A DNA stretch of 64,000 nucleotides from Anaeramoeba ignava BMAN (GCA_028826165.1 JAPDFW010000114.1:806001-870000); one strand, 5' to 3'; shown: positions 1-14,859, numbered from the stretch's first letter. The notes: generated from the letters alone by a model not told the origin. Numbers and translations are program-made.

Positions 1-3000
1 GTTGAGTATCAGTTTCTCTTAAATCAACAGAAGATTGAGTATCTGAAGTAGATTCAACATCAAAACGAGAAGAAGAAACCATATTTCTTGTTTGAGAAAG
101 CATTCGTTTGATTTGTCTTCTTGCTTTAGCTTGCTGAGTTGTTCTTATTTCGTCTGCTTTTATTCTGGCTTCTTCAACAATAGTAATAAATACATTGAGG
201 AATGTGTACATGAAAATACACACAAATATATATTCATAAACTCTTGAAATAAACGCCATTGAATTGCTATGTCTAAATGATCTGTTGAATGAATCTCGTA
301 TGACATCTCCATTCATAACTGCAAATAAAGTTACTGCTGATTGGTCTATTGTCGAGAAAACAAGTGAATAACTTCCATAAAAAATTGTTGCCATAACTTA
401 TTTTGTTTTTGTTTTTAATTAATAAAAAAAAAGTGGAACAAAAATTAAAAGAATTTTTTCTTTTTACAAGTAAATCCAAAAAACATTGGAAGTGTTCCTA
501 AAATGCATCGAATTACATCAGGAAGTGCTTCTTTAAGTGTTGTAATCAAAATATAAAATCTTTCATGCCATTGGAAATAACTTATAATAATAATAATAAT
601 AAAGAAATTTTTTTTTTTTAAAAATAAATTTTTCAATTTAAATTTAAATTTTGATAAGAAATTTTTACTAAGTTAAAATATAACATGCCAAAAAGCAAGT
701 AAATCCCATAAAAATATCTTCAATATAAATTCCATTTTTTTTTCCATAAATTTTTGCATTAATAAAGAAATTTTCAGAAACAACATTTAGAATGCAAGAA
801 ACAAGTGTTGCTATGTGCCAATAATCAATAAATTCTGAACGAAGTTTTGAACGGGCTTTTGGATGAACAGGATTTGAGTTTTGGTCTGTATTATCTGTTA
901 ATTCGATGATTTGAGTCGGAGCAATTTTTTTAAATTGCTTTATAAAATTTATTTAATAAGGATTTTGATTAATTTTTATAAATTATTTAATAAGAATTTT
1001 GATTAATTTTTATTATAAATTTATTTAATAAGAATTTTGATTAATTTTTATTAAATTATTTAATAAGAATTTTGATTAATTTTTATTAAATTTATTTAAT
1101 AAAAATTTTGATTAATTTTTATTATAAATTTATTTAATAAGAATTTTGATTAATTTTTATAAATTTATTTAATAAGAAATTTTGATTTATTTTTATTAAA
1201 TTATTTAATAAGAATTTTGATTAATTTTTATTAAATTATTTAATAAGAATTTTGATTAATTTTATGAAATTATTTAATAAGAATTTTGATTAATTTTATT
1301 AAAGATTTATTTAATAAGAATTTTGATTAATTTTATTAAAGATTTATTTAATAAGAATTTGGATTAATTAATTTTTGAATTGATAAATTTTGGACAAACT
1401 CTATAAAGTGAATATTCGTAAAGAAGAGTACGAATTGTTAATGCAAATAACCAAATAGATGCTATAATAATTATAAATGCATAAATAACTGAAATTCCTC
1501 CCAAAATATCTTTTATTTTTGCTATTTTTTTTTAAAAAAAAAAACAAAATTTAATATTCAAATTAAAATATCGAATCAAAATTTTCAAATTTTCAAATTT
1601 ACGTTCATATTCATCTGAACATAATTCTGTTTGTGTTTGAATATAAGAATTAATAACGCCTGATCTAACTTCATAATCAAAAGTGTTCTAGATGAAAATA
1701 AATGGATTATTTTAAAAAACCAAATGTTTTTTCTTCTTTTTAAAATGTAAAAATTTTTTGATATAAATTACAATAACACTCCAAATAATACAAAATGGAG
1801 GATCAGAAGGATAAATTGTTTTGAATGATATTTTAATATTAGATGTTTTATATTGAGCCATAATTTCATGTATTTCTGTGATTGATTTGTTTTGAAAAGG
1901 TCCAAGAAGTGAATCTGGACAAAGTGGGAAAGATTCTGGAAATTTATAATAATATTGATAATCATAAAATGTTTTCTTTTTCTTTTTGCATTAAAATATT
2001 TTATTCAAATTTACCTGTTATTGTTTCTGAGTTATATCTGCCTCCCATTGAAATGTTATCAAATTTTGTATTTTTAAAAAGGGTTGTTTTCATAATTGGG
2101 CATTCTATTGTTCCATCTGAATCATAAAAGTATCTATTTTAAATATTTGATTTAAATATTTTGAATATTGATTTAAATATTTTATTTGAATATTTTATTT
2201 GAATATTTGATTTGAATATTTGATTTAAATAATTGAATATTTGGTTTAAATATTTGATTTGAATATTTGATTTAAATAATTGATTTAAATAATTGATTTA
2301 AATAATTGATTTAAATATTTGATTTAAATATTTGATTTAAATAATTGATTTAAATATTTGATTTAAATATTTGATTTAAATATTTTATTTGAATATTTGA
2401 TTTAAATAATTGATTTAAATAATTGATTTAAATATTGTTTTAAATAATTGATTTAAATAATTGATTTAAATAATTGATTTAAATAATTGATTTAAATAAT
2501 TGATTTAAATATTTTATTTGAATATTTGATTTAAATATTTGATTTAAATAATTGATTTGAATATTTGATTTAAATATTTGATTTAAATATTTTATTTGAA
2601 TAATTGATTTAAATAATTGAATATTTGATTTAAATATTTGATTTAAATAAATGAATAATTGAATATTTGATTTAAATATTTGATTTGAATATTTTATTTA
2701 AATATTTGATTTAAATATTTGATTTGAATATTTTATTTAAATATTTGATTTAAATATTTGATTTGAATATTTGATTTGAATATTTTATTTAAATATTAAT
2801 TTTAATATTAATTTTAAATCTTTTGAATACTCATAGTATCCCAAAGCATTCCCAGAGAAATTATAATAAGTTGTAGAAGTTAATTTAATGGCTTGAAGAA
2901 AATCATCAATATTATAAATATCTGTGCGAATAAGACCAGTCATAGATTCTTTATAAAGAGAAGGATCTGAAATAAAAGCATGAATAAAAGTGTTTTGATT

Positions 3001-3279
3001 ATCTTGATAATAACGAGAAGTATATCTTGAAGCTAAAACAATCTAAAAAATATCACATTTTGTTCATTTTGACACTTTTTTTTCATTTTTGATTGTGTTT
3101 TTTTTTTATTTTTTTAGTTTTTTTTTTACTTGAGCAGATAATAAAACTGCTAAAAGTATATGTAATATAAATCTCATTGGTATTCTTCTATATTTCCAAA
3201 ATTTCTTCCATGGACTTAATGAAAAATATTTTTCACGTGGAACTTTATGATGCAAACATCCACAATATTTAGTACTCAT
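1..3279 (-). CDS. Mucolipin/TRPML-family cation channel (multi-exon; 3' end runs off the window)
   Basis: Manual translation of minus-strand exons. N-terminus MSTKYCGCLHHKVPREKYFSLSPWKKFWKYRRIPMRFILHILLAVLLSAQ (ATG at 3279). Pore and S6 region FSTIDQSAVTLFAVMNGDVIRDSF...SRVYEYIFVCIFMYTFLNVFITIVEE matches the mucolipin LF..NGD pore motif. GT-AG introns separate the exons. Confidence 0.85.
940..1370. repeat. Intronic ~39-bp tandem repeat (tttaataagaattttgattaatttttattaaatta) in the TRPML gene
   Basis: About 11 visible copies inside an intron. Confidence 0.9.
2140..2800. repeat. Intronic 13-bp tandem repeat (tttaaatatttga / tttaaataattga)
   Basis: Directly visible array inside a TRPML intron. 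Confidence 0.9.
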
Positions 3280-3313
3280 TCGAAAAAAAAATGTAAAAAA
3301 AAAATGAAAACTT

Positions 3314-5340
3314 ACGAATGAAAATTAAATTATTTTAATTTATAATTTTATTATAAATATTAATTAATTTATATTTAAAATAAATTTACAAATAAAATAT
3401 TAATTAAATATAATTAATAAAATTGATAAAATATTTAAATAAATTATTGATTAATTAAATATTAAGAAAATTAAATTATTTTAATTTATAATTTAATTAT
3501 AAATAATAATTAATTTATATTTAAAATAAATTTCCAAATAAAATATTAATTAAATATAATTAAAAAAATTGATAAAATATTAGAATAAAATATTGATTAA
3601 TTAAATATTAATAAAATTAAATTATTTTAATTTATAATTTAATTATAAATAATAATTAATTTATATTTAAAATAAATTTCCAAATAAAATATTGATTAAA
3701 TATAATTAAAAATATTAATAAAATATTAGAATAAATTATTGATTAATTAAATATTAATAAAATTAAATTATTTTAATTATAATTTAATTATAGATATTAA
3801 TAAATTTATATTTAAAATAAATTTCCAAATTAAATATTAATTAAATATAATTAAAAATATTGATAAAATATTTAAATAAAATATTGATTAATTAAATATT
3901 AATAAAATTGAATTATTTTAATTTATAATTTAATTATAGATATTAATTAATTTATATTTAAAATAAATTTACAAATTAAATATTAATTAATTATAATTAA
4001 AAATATTGATAAAATATTTAAATAAATTATTGATTAATTAAATATTAAGAAAATTAAATTATTTTAATTTATAATTTAATTATAGATATTAATAAATTTA
4101 TATTTAAAATAAATTTACAAATTAAATATTAATTAAATATAATTAAAAATATTAATAAATTATTTAAATAAAATATTGATTAATTAAATATTAAGAAAAT
4201 TAAATTATTTTAATTTATAATTTAATTATAGATATTAATTAATTTATATTTAAAATAAATTTACAAATTAAATATTAATTAAATATAATTAAAAATATTG
4301 ATAAAATATTTAAATAAAATATTGATTAATTAAATATTAAGAAAATTAAATTATTTTAATTTATAATTTAATTATAGATATTAATTAATTTATATTTAAA
4401 ATAAATTTACAAATTAAATATTAATTAAATATAATTAAAAAATTGATAAAATATTAAAAAAAAAAAATTAAAAATTAAATATTAATAAAATTAAATTACG
4501 AATGAAAATTTATAATTTAATTATAGATATTAATTAATTTATATTTAAAATAAATTTCCAAATTAAATATTAATTAAATATAATTAAAAAAATTGATAAA
4601 ATATTGAAATAAAATATTGATTAATTAAATATTAAGAAAAATTAAATTATTTTAATTTATAATTTTATTATAAATATTAATAAATTTATATTTAAAATAA
4701 ATTTACAAATTAAATATTAATTAAATATAATTAAAAAATATTAATAAAATATTTAAATAAATTATTGATTAATTAAATATTAATAAAAATTAAATTATTT
4801 TAATTTATAATTTAATTATAGATATTAATTAATTTATATTTAAAATAAATTTACAAATAAAATATTAATTAAATATAATTAAAAATATTGATAAAATATT
4901 GAAATAAATTATTGATTAATTAAATATTAAGAAAATTAAATTATTTTAATTTATAATTTTATTATAAATATTAATTAATTTATATTTAAAATAAATTTAC
5001 AAATAAAATATTAATTAAATATAATTAAAAATATTGATAAAATATTGAAATAAAATATTGATTAATTAAATATTAAGAAAATTAAATTATTTTAATTTAT
5101 AATTTTATTATAAAAATTAATAAATTTATATTTAAAATAATTTTACAAATTAAATATTAATTAAATATAATTAAAAATATTGATAAAATGTTGAAATAAA
5201 TTATTGATTAATTAAATATTAAGAAAATTAAATTATTTTAACTTATAATTTAATTATAAATATTAATTAATTTATATTTAAAATAAATTTACAAATTAAA
5301 TATTAATTAAATATAATTAAAAATATTGATAAAATATTGA
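3314..5340. repeat. Intergenic ~146-bp AT-rich minisatellite, about 14 copies
   Basis: The unit beginning aaaattaaattattttaatttataattt recurs at ~3321, ~3467, ~3613 and onward. The motif acgaatgaaaatt occurs at ~3314 and ~4498, hinting at a higher-order duplication. Confidence 0.9.
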
Positions 5341-6137
5341 GTTGGATCTAAAATTTTTTAATTCATTTTTAAAAAAGGGTTAAAAGTGGAGATTTTTTTT
5401 TGAGGTGGATTTATTGATATTAAATTTTTTTATTTAGATTTTAATTTAAAATTGTATTTAGATAAGAATGTTTGATCACAATTAAAAAATTTAATTAAAC
5501 AAAATAACAAGCAAAAAAAAAAACGGGAAATTTGATCAAATTTTAAAAAATAAAACAAAGGCTTAATTAATTTAGTAAAATAAGTAAAATAATTAAAAGA
5601 AAATTTAATAAGAAGTTTAAATAAAAAAATGTCTTTTAATAAGAGAATTTTGTCAATTAAAAAAATTTTTTTATTGATCAAAAAACAAAAAAAATAAAAA
5701 AAAAGCAAAAAATGAAAATAAAAGAAATCTAATTTAATTAAGAATGAAAAGAGATGATGAAAGAAAATGAAAGAAAATGGAAAATGGAAGAAAAAAAACA
5801 ATTAATTGCTTTAAATAATCCTTGTTGTCATTTTAAATGAAAAGGAAAAGAAAATTTAGTTAATCTTATAAATTTTTTAAAAAGAGACAATTAAAAACAT
5901 GACAAAGCATTACTAACAATTATTATTTATTTTCTTATTTATTTTATTTTTAATTTTATTTATTTAAAAAAAAAAAATTAAAAAAAAATTTTTCAAAAAA
6001 ACTAAAATCATTTTTTTCTTTTTTATATTTTTTTTACTCAATTTTTTTTGAGTTAATTTTTTTTTTTACCTAATCTTCTTTTAAATTTTTTTTAATAAAA
6101 CAAATTCAACAAATTTTCCAAAAAACAAAACAAGAAA

Positions 6138-8343
6138 ATGAAACTTATAGTAGCAGTTTGTGCGATGGCAAAAAAATCCAAATCCAAACCAATGCAAAAA
6201 ATATTGAAACAACTTAAAAAAAACGGAGATTATGAGATAATAGTTTTCAGTGAAGAAATGATACTGAAGAAACCAATTGAAGAGTGGCCAAAATGTGATG
6301 CTTTAATGACTTTTTTCTCTGGTGATTTTCCTTTAGAAAAAGGTTAGTTTCTTTTTACTTTTCCAAAAACACTTGCCTTTTAAATTATTATTATTATTAT
6401 TATTTTAATTATTTATAAAAAAGGTTTTTTGTGTTTTTGTTTTTTTTTTTAAATTATCTTTGCTAATAATTCTTTCTTTTTATTTTTATTTTATTTATTC
6501 TTTTATTCCAAATTTGCTTCTTTTCTTTTGTTTTGTTTAATTTTTTTTTTCCTTTTTTTTTTAAATTTCCCCTTTTTTTTTTCTCCTTTTTTTTTTTGTT
6601 TTTTTTTTTTTAATTATGGAAATGACTTTCTGTTACTAAATTTTTGTTACTAATTGCAATTCTCACTTATTATTCAATTAATTTGTTGGTGATTCTTGAT
6701 TGATTGTTGATTTGAAACGAAAATGTTAAAAATGATGTGGTGGTTGATTTATTTTGAATTTTGACTTTGATTTTGATTTTGAACTTTGATTTTGATTTTG
6801 AACTTTGATTCTGATTTTGACTTTGAACTTTGATTTTGATTTTGATTTTGAACTTTGACTTTGATTTTGAACTTTGATTTTGATTTTGAACTTTGAACTT
6901 TGATTTTGGTTCTGAACTTTGATTTTGAACTTTGAACTTTGAACTTTGATTTTGAATTTTGAACTTTGATTTTGAACTTTGAACTTTGATTCTGAACTTT
7001 GATTCTGTTTTTGATTTTGACTTTGATTCTGTTTTTGGACTTTGATTCTGATTTTGATTTTGACTTTGATTTTGATTTTGATTCTGATTCTGTTTTTGGA
7101 TTTTGATTTGGATTTTGATTTGGATTTTGATTCGATTTTCTTTATGTATCTATTTATCTATCTTTTATTGATTCACCTGTAATTTGATTCAATTTTGATT
7201 ATTTTCAAATTTAAAATTTAATCACTTTTATACTTTTATTCCAAAAATGCTGCAAAAAATTTTATTATTTTAATGATTATATCAATTTAAAATGAATATT
7301 TCAACTTGTTTCTTGGTTTTTGAATTTATTAAAAAAAAAACTCAACTCAAATCAAATCAAAAAAATTCAAACCAATAAATACAAAAAAAAAAAACCAAAA
7401 AAAAAAAATCAACCAAAAAAAAAATCAACATTTTTCTCACAAACAAAACAAAATAATTTTTTTCAAATAATTTTTTTTGGTAATAATTATAATTTCAAAA
7501 AAAAAAAATAATTTTGATTTATTATTAAAACAAACAGTTCAGCAATATATTCAATTAACAAGTTGTTGGAGTGTAAATGATATGAATTTTCAAAACGTAC
7601 TATTTGATCGGATGTCAATTTATTCAAGATTAACAAAAATAGGAGTAAAAACACCAAAATATTTAGTAATCAACACAAAAGATTCAAAAGAATTAATTGA
7701 GAAGGAAAATTACATTGAATACAAAGATAAACGGATTTACAAGCCATTTGTAGAGAAGCCAGTCAGTTCTGAAGATCACAACATATGGATATATCATTCA
7801 AAAGAACAAGGAGGAGGATCAACTAAACTTTTCCGAAAAAGTGAACGATCCGCTAATTGTGAACGATCTTCAGAACGATCCAAAAATTCGCAGATCAGAA
7901 AAAACGGAACTTATCTTTATGAAGAATTTATTAATCCAGAAAATTTATTTGATATCAAAGTTTATGCTGTTGGTGAAAATTATGCTTATGCTGAAAAAAG
8001 AAGAGTTCCTTTTGCTCAAGAATTTCTTGATGTCAACACAAAAAATCAACATCGGCAAAAAGTTGAATTAACAGATTTGGAACGTGAATATGCTCGCAAA
8101 ATTGTTCAGACTTTCCACCAAAATGTTTGCGGTTTTGATATCCTTAGAGACCATAAAGGTCGCTCTTATGTGATCGACATCAACGGTTGGTCTCTTGTTA
8201 ATTCTTCTATTTCTGATGAATATTTTCAAAAATGTGGTCAAATTTTAAATGATTTGTTTATTCAGAATTGTTCCAAAATTGAAAATCAAAACAAAAAATC
8301 AAAAAAACGAAAAATCCCTTTTGAACAAAATATTTATGTTTAA
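6138..8343 (+). CDS. PPIP5K/Vip1-like inositol pyrophosphate kinase, kinase (ATP-grasp) domain only; exons 6138-6342 and 7538-8343
   Basis: VCAMAKKSKSKPM, PIEEWPKCDALMTFFSGDFPLEK, KPFVEKPVSSEDHNIWIY, DIKVYAVG and FHQNVCGFDILR..GRSYVIDINGWS are hallmark Vip1 kinase motifs. GT-AG intron 6343-7537 joins the exons in frame. Confidence 0.9.
6755..7135. repeat. Intronic (gatttt/gaacttt)n simple repeat
   Basis: Visible array within the PPIP5K intron. Confidence 0.85.
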
Positions 8344-8664
8344 ATCAATTGGGTTTTTGTTATTTTTCTTTTGGTTTTGGTTTTGATTTTCTTTTCTCTT
8401 TTTTTATCTTTTTTTCTTCTTCAATTTCCTTTTTTTTTTTCTTCAATTTCCTTTTTTTCTATTTCAATTTCAATTTTAATTTGTTCAAAAAAGAATTTTA
8501 TTGAAAAATTTCTTTTTTTTTTTCAAATAAGTTTTTTTTTAACGAACATTTTAAATAAAAAAACATTTTTTAAAAAATATAAAACTTTTTTCTTCTTTTT
8601 TTTTTCATTTTTTTCATTTATTTTCTTATTTAAAAAAAAAATATTATATATTATATTATATTTA

Positions 8665-10405
8665 ATGTCTCATAGAAGAAGAAATCAAATTTCTAAAAGA
8701 GTTCATGAAAATGCAAGAACAACAACTCAAAGACCTATTAATTTAAAAATTAATAAAAATCAAAAAATTAAAAATAACGAAACAAAAAAAGAATCAAATA
8801 AAAAGAAAAGAAAATCAAATGAAAAATCAAATGAAAAATCAAATAAAAAATCAAATAAAAAATCAAATAAAAAAGAAACAATAAATGAAGTAAAACCAAT
8901 TTAAAAAAAAAATTAAATAATTTCTTAATCAAAAATTCAAATCAATTCAAATCAAAATAAATTAAAAAGGAAGTAAATCAAAACTTAATGGATTTAGAAA
9001 AGGAAAAAAGAAAAGAAAAAAGAAAAACCACAAAAAGACCAATAAATTTAACTTTTCATCATAAAAAAAAAGATTTAAATACAGATCCTTCAGAATTAAT
9101 GTTAAATCAACAATTAAAAATTCAAGATGAAAAAGATTTTCAAATTGATATTGAAAATCAAAATGAAAATCTAAATCTAAATCAAAATGAAAATCTAAAT
9201 CTAAATCTAAATCAAAATGAAAATCTAAATCTAAATCAAAATGAAAATCTAAATGATTTTAATCTTTATTCAGATGATAATTTTATTATTGAAAATGATA
9301 ATCAAAGTGATAGTGATTATCAAATTGAAAATGATAATATTTTCAAAGATTCGAATCAATTTATAAATGAATCAAAAGAAATTCAAATTGAAAAAAGACG
9401 GTATGAAATTTATAATAAAATAAATATAAATATTTAAAATATAAATATAAATATAAATATTTAAAATATAAATATAAATATAAATATTTAAAATATAAAT
9501 ATAAATATAAATATTTAAAATATAAATATAAATATAAATATTTAAAATATAAATATAAATATTTAAAATATAAATATATAAATATAAATATAAATATTTA
9601 AAATATAAATATAAATATATAAATCTAAAAATATAAATATAAATATAAATATTTAAAATATAAATATAAATATAAATATAAATATTTAAAATATTAATAT
9701 AAATTTGATTCGAATTTTTAGACGAACAACAAAAAGAAAAATTCAAGTTTTTCATAGAGAACCAATTCAAGAAAATCAATATGAAGATGAATTACTTCAA
9801 ACATCATCACAAGATGAACCACCAGATACAATAAATTCTGAAATGAAAATTTCAAGAGAAGAAGAGAAAAAATTTCCGATTTTGACAGCTATAATTTCAC
9901 AAAAATTTCCAAAAAGAAAAATTAAAAGACAAATTAATGAAGTTGATGTTATAATGAAATTTATTGATGATTGTAAAGAAGAAATTATGTCTCAAATTGA
10001 AGATAAAGAAGATAATGAAGATTTAATTGATCTTTATAAAATTCAAGTTGATTTATTTCTTTCTCATATTTTTAGTGAATTCGCAATTTATGTTAGTGTT
10101 TTTTTTTTTAAAATTAAAATTAATAAAATATTTAAATTAAAATATTTAAATTAATATAGAGAAAAGTTCGCACAAATCAATGGAAATATCAACAATTAAC
10201 AAACAAAATTCAAAAAGAAAGTGGATTAATAAGAAATTCTATTGTTGAACTTCGAGAAAAAATTCAAAAAATTGATGAAAATTTAAATAACATGAAAGAA
10301 AAATCAAATAAAATTGAAGAAACCATTTCAACAAAACAAAAAACAACAAATTATCTTCAACAATTCGAAAAATTATTACAAAAAGCAAAAGAAGGAAAAA
10401 AATAA
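8665..10405 (+). CDS. Hypothetical multi-exon protein with low-complexity N-terminus and C-terminal coiled coil
   Basis: ATG at 8665 (MSHRRRNQISK). Exons overlap ORFs 8988-9437 and 9705-10154. The last exon RKVRTNQWKYQQLTNKIQKE...LLQKAKEGKK* ends at 10405. GT-AG boundaries are visible. Confidence 0.6.
9420..9700. repeat. Intronic (aaatat)n-based repeat
   Basis: Visible array between exons. Confidence 0.85.
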
Positions 10406-10861
10406 TCTTATTTGAAATTTATTTGTTTTTGTTGAAGAAAGTTGTATTTTTGTTTAATAAATAATAATAATAACAAAATTTATAAATTCAAAAAGAAATT
10501 TCTTTAATTTATCTTTTATTTATTTATTATTTAATTCAGAACAAAATTTAAATTAAAATTTGAATTAAAATTTTAAATAAAAATTTAAATATTAAAGGAG
10601 AAATCTTAAAAGTTTAATTTTTTTTTTTCTCCTTTTTTTTTTCTTTTAAAAAAAATGAACAAAAGAAAATACAAAAAAGCAAAAATAACAAATCATTTTT
10701 TTTCAATTTTTTATTTTCATTTTTTTTTCTTTTATTATTTTTTTTTTCTCTTTTTTATTTTTGTGTTATTCTTCAGTTTGAATTGATCTACTTTTTATTG
10801 ATTTTTATTCTTTATTCTTCATTTATTTTTTTTTAAAAAGCAAAAAAAACAACAAAAAAAA

Positions 10862-13800
10862 ATGCAACAAATAAGACCAACTTCACAAGTAATGCTTTCC
10901 ATTTCATGTAACAACTTGATATCACTTGATAGAATTGGGTATTTTAAATGCAAAAAAAAGAAAAAAAAGAAAACAAAAGAAAGATGAATATTTGGCATTT
11001 TCAATTTTTTATTAATTTTTTTTCTTTTTTTCTTTTTCTTTTTCTTTTTCTTTTAAATAGACAAAGCGATCCAATGGCTGTTCTTTATAGTTTAGACCCT
11101 CAAACACATAATGAAACTGAAATAGGGAGAACTGAATCTTATAAAAGTATTTATTATTTTTATTTATTATTTTTTAACTTTTTTTTTTTCAATTATTTAT
11201 AAAAAAGAAAAAGAATCAAAAAGAATCAATTTTTTGATCTTTTTTTTTTTTAATTATTTATAATGAGAACGAAATAAATTAAGAATTAAATTAAATGAAG
11301 AATTCCATTTAAAATTAAAATTCATTTATAAAATTAAAATTCATTTATAAAATTAAAATTTAAATTAAAAATTTATAAATTTAAAATTAAAAATAAAATT
11401 AAAATTAAAATTTAAATTAAAATTAAAATTAAAATTAAAATTTAAATTAAAAATAAAATTAAAATTAAAATTAAAATTTAAATTAAAATTAAAATTAAAA
11501 TTTAAATTAAAATTAAAATTTAAATTTAAAATTAAAATTAAAATTAAAATTAAAATTAAAATTAAAATTAAAATTTAAAATTAAAATTTCTTAAATTTAA
11601 AACTAAAAATTAAATTTAAAACTAAAATTAAAATTAAAATTAAAATTAAAATTAAAATTAAAATTCATTTATAAAAATTAAAATTAAAATTAAAATTAAA
11701 ATTAAATTAAAATTAAAATTCAAAATTAAAATTCAAAAAATTAAAATTAAAAAAATTAAAATTAAAATTAAAATTAAAATTAAAATTAAAATTAAAATTA
11801 AAATTAAAAATTAAAATTAAAATTAAAATTAAAATTAAAATAAAATTTAAATTAAAATTAAAATTAAAATTAAAATTAAAATTAAAATTAAAATTAAAAT
11901 TAAAATTAAAATTAAAATTAAAATTAAAATTAAAATTAAAATTAAAATTAAAATTAAAATTAAAATTAAAATTAAAATTAAAATTAAAATTAAAATCAAA
12001 ATTAAAATTTAAAATTAAATTTAAAACTAGATGAAAAAAACCCGAAATTTACAAAAACATTTACAATTGATTACTCTTTTGAAAAGACACAACTTTTCAA
12101 AGTGAAAATTTATGATATTGATTCAAAATCTGACAACCTTAAAAAACAAGATTACATTGGACAAATATTCTTCAATTTAGGAGAATTACTTGGATCACCA
12201 GGAATGTTTATAACAAAATCATTAGAACATCCACAAAAAACAGCAAGAAGAAATGGGACTTGCACAATAACAGCAGAAGAAGTACAACAAAGCAATATCA
12301 TTGTACACATGCGAATTTCTGGAATCAAATTAGACAAGAAAGATCTATTTGGCAAAAGTGATCCTTATCTTGTTTTTTATCGACAACAAGTTGATGGAAA
12401 TTCTTGGATTAAAAGTCATGAAACTGAAGTTATTAAAAATACTCTTAATCCAAAATGGAAAACTTTTAGTATTCCCGCAAATAATCTTTGTGGAACTGAT
12501 GTTAATCGCCCAATTCGCATTGAATGTTATGACTGGAATAGAAGTGGAAAGCCTGATTTGATTGGAATTGTTGAGACAAGTGTTGCTGCTTTGGAAAAAT
12601 TGAATCCAAAAACTCTTGAATTAAAAGATCCAAGCAAACTAAATAAGAAGAAATACACAAATAGCGGCACTATTCGTTTTGATGACTTCAGAATTGAAAA
12701 AAATCCTAGTTTCTTGGACTTTATTTATGGAGGTTGCCAGATCTCTTTGGTTGTTGCTGTTGATTTTACTGCTTCAAATGGAAATTATAGTCAGCAAGAT
12801 TCTTTGCATTTTCATAATCCTTATCATGTTAATGATTATCAAAAAGCTATTTCAACTTGTGGTGCTATTTTAGCAAATTATGATACAAATGGGCAATTTC
12901 CTGCTTTTGGATTTGGTTGATATTTCAATTTAATTTAATAATTTAATATTTTAATATTTTAATAATTTAATAATTTAATAATTTAATATTTTAATAATTT
13001 AATATTTTAATAATTTAATAATTTAATATTTTAATAATTTAATAATTTAATAATTTAATAATTTAATAATTTAATATTTTATTAATTTAATAATTTAATT
13101 AATTTATTATTTAATAATTTAATATTTTAATAATTTAATATTTTAATATTTTAATATTTTAATATTTTAATAATTTAATAATTTAATATTTTATTAATTT
13201 AATAATTTAATAATTTAATATTTTTATTATTTTAATTTTTAATTAATTTAATAATTTATTATTTAAATAATTTAATAATTTAATAATTTAATAATTTAAT
13301 AATTTAATATTTTAATAATTTAATAATTTAATAATTTAATAATTTAATAATCTAATATTTTTAATAATTTAATAATTTAATAATTTAATAATTTAATATT
13401 TTAATAATTTAAATAATTTAATAATTTAATAATTTAATAATTTAATATTTTATTAATTTATTTTTTTAATATTTTAATATTTTTAATAATTTTAATATTT
13501 TAATAATTTAATATTTTATTAATTTAATAATTTAATTTAATAATTTAATAATTTAATAAATTAAATAATTTAATAATTTAATAATTTAATATTTTAATAA
13601 TTTAATATTTAAAATAATTTAATATTTTAATAATTTTAATAATCTAATATTTTAATATTTTAATATTTTAATATTTTAATAATTTAATATTTTAATATTT
13701 AAATAATTTAATAATTTAATAATTTAATATTTTAATAATTTAATAATTTAATATTTTAATAATTTAATAATTTAATTTAATAATTTAATATTTTAATAAT

Positions 13801-14859
13801 TTAATAATTTAATAATTTAATATTTTAATAATTTAATAATTTAATAATTTAATATTTTATTAATTTAATAATTTTAATAATTTAATAATTTATTAATTAA
13901 ATAATTTAATATTTAACAGGCGCTAAAGTTGGTGGAGCAGTTTCACATTGTTTTCCATTAAACGGAAATCCTCAAAATCCTATGGTTTATGGTGTTCAAG
14001 GAATTTTACAAGCTTATCATAATGTGTTTACATGGCCTGGATTTACTTTGTAAAATTAAAATTAAAAATTAAAATTAAAAATTAAAATTTAAAATTAATT
14101 CTATATCTTCAATAGATGGGGTCCAACAAATTTCGCTCCTATTATTAATTCTGTTGCAGCAATTGCTCGTCAATATACACAAATTCCAAATATGCAGAAA
14201 TATTTTGTTCTTCTTTTCTTAACAGATGGTGAAATTACAGATTTTGAAGAAACAAAAAGAGCAATTGTTAATGCAGCTGATCTTCCAATTTCAATTGTTA
14301 TTGTTGGAGTAAATAATAAATAACAAAAAACAAAAGAGAAATTAAAATGAAAAAAATATTCCGATTTGAAATTTATTCTTATCAAAAATTTTCTTCAATT
14401 TTTTCCGTTTTTTTTTTTTTTTTGATTTGTTAAGGTTGGAACAGGAGAATTTGCTCAAATGGAAGTTCTAGATGGTGATGAAAAAAGGATTTCTTTTCAA
14501 GGACGTGAAGCTGTTAGAGATATTGTTCAGTTCGTACCATTTAGAAAATTCTTAAATCGAGATATTGCTGCACTTGCACAAGAAACACTTGCAGAAGTAA
14601 TTAAAAATTTCAATTTAAAATTCAAATTAAAAAATTCAATTAAAAATTTAATTAAAAATTTTTTTCCGATTTTTGACATTTTTTTTATTTAAATTTATTT
14701 TAGATTCCAACTCAATTATTAAGTTATTTCAAATCTAAGAATATTCAACCAAATCCTGGTTATTCACCTCAACAAAGACAACAAATGATTGTTCAACAAC
14801 AACAACAAGTCGTTCAACAACAAGAAAAACAAGAAGGAAATCAAAATCAACAAAAATAA
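10862..14859 (+). CDS. Copine (C2-C2-vWA), multi-exon
   Basis: [107 protein letters not shown]. Confidence 0.93.
11310..12025. repeat. Intronic (aaaatt)n microsatellite in copine
   Basis: Visible array ending at acceptor ...aaactag. Confidence 0.9.
12930..13915. repeat. Intronic 9-bp (ttaataatt/ttaatattt)n repeat in copine
   Basis: Visible array ending at acceptor ...ttaacag. Confidence 0.9.

Noticed and set aside
5430-5801. 123-aa F/L-rich ORF, and similar ones at 8371-8664 and 16554-16949
   Set aside because: These are by-products of poly-A/T intergenic sequence with no recognisable motifs.
8665-10405. THOC7/Mft1 assignment for the coiled-coil protein
   Set aside because: The resemblance is weak and limited to a generic coiled coil, which is not enough to name it.
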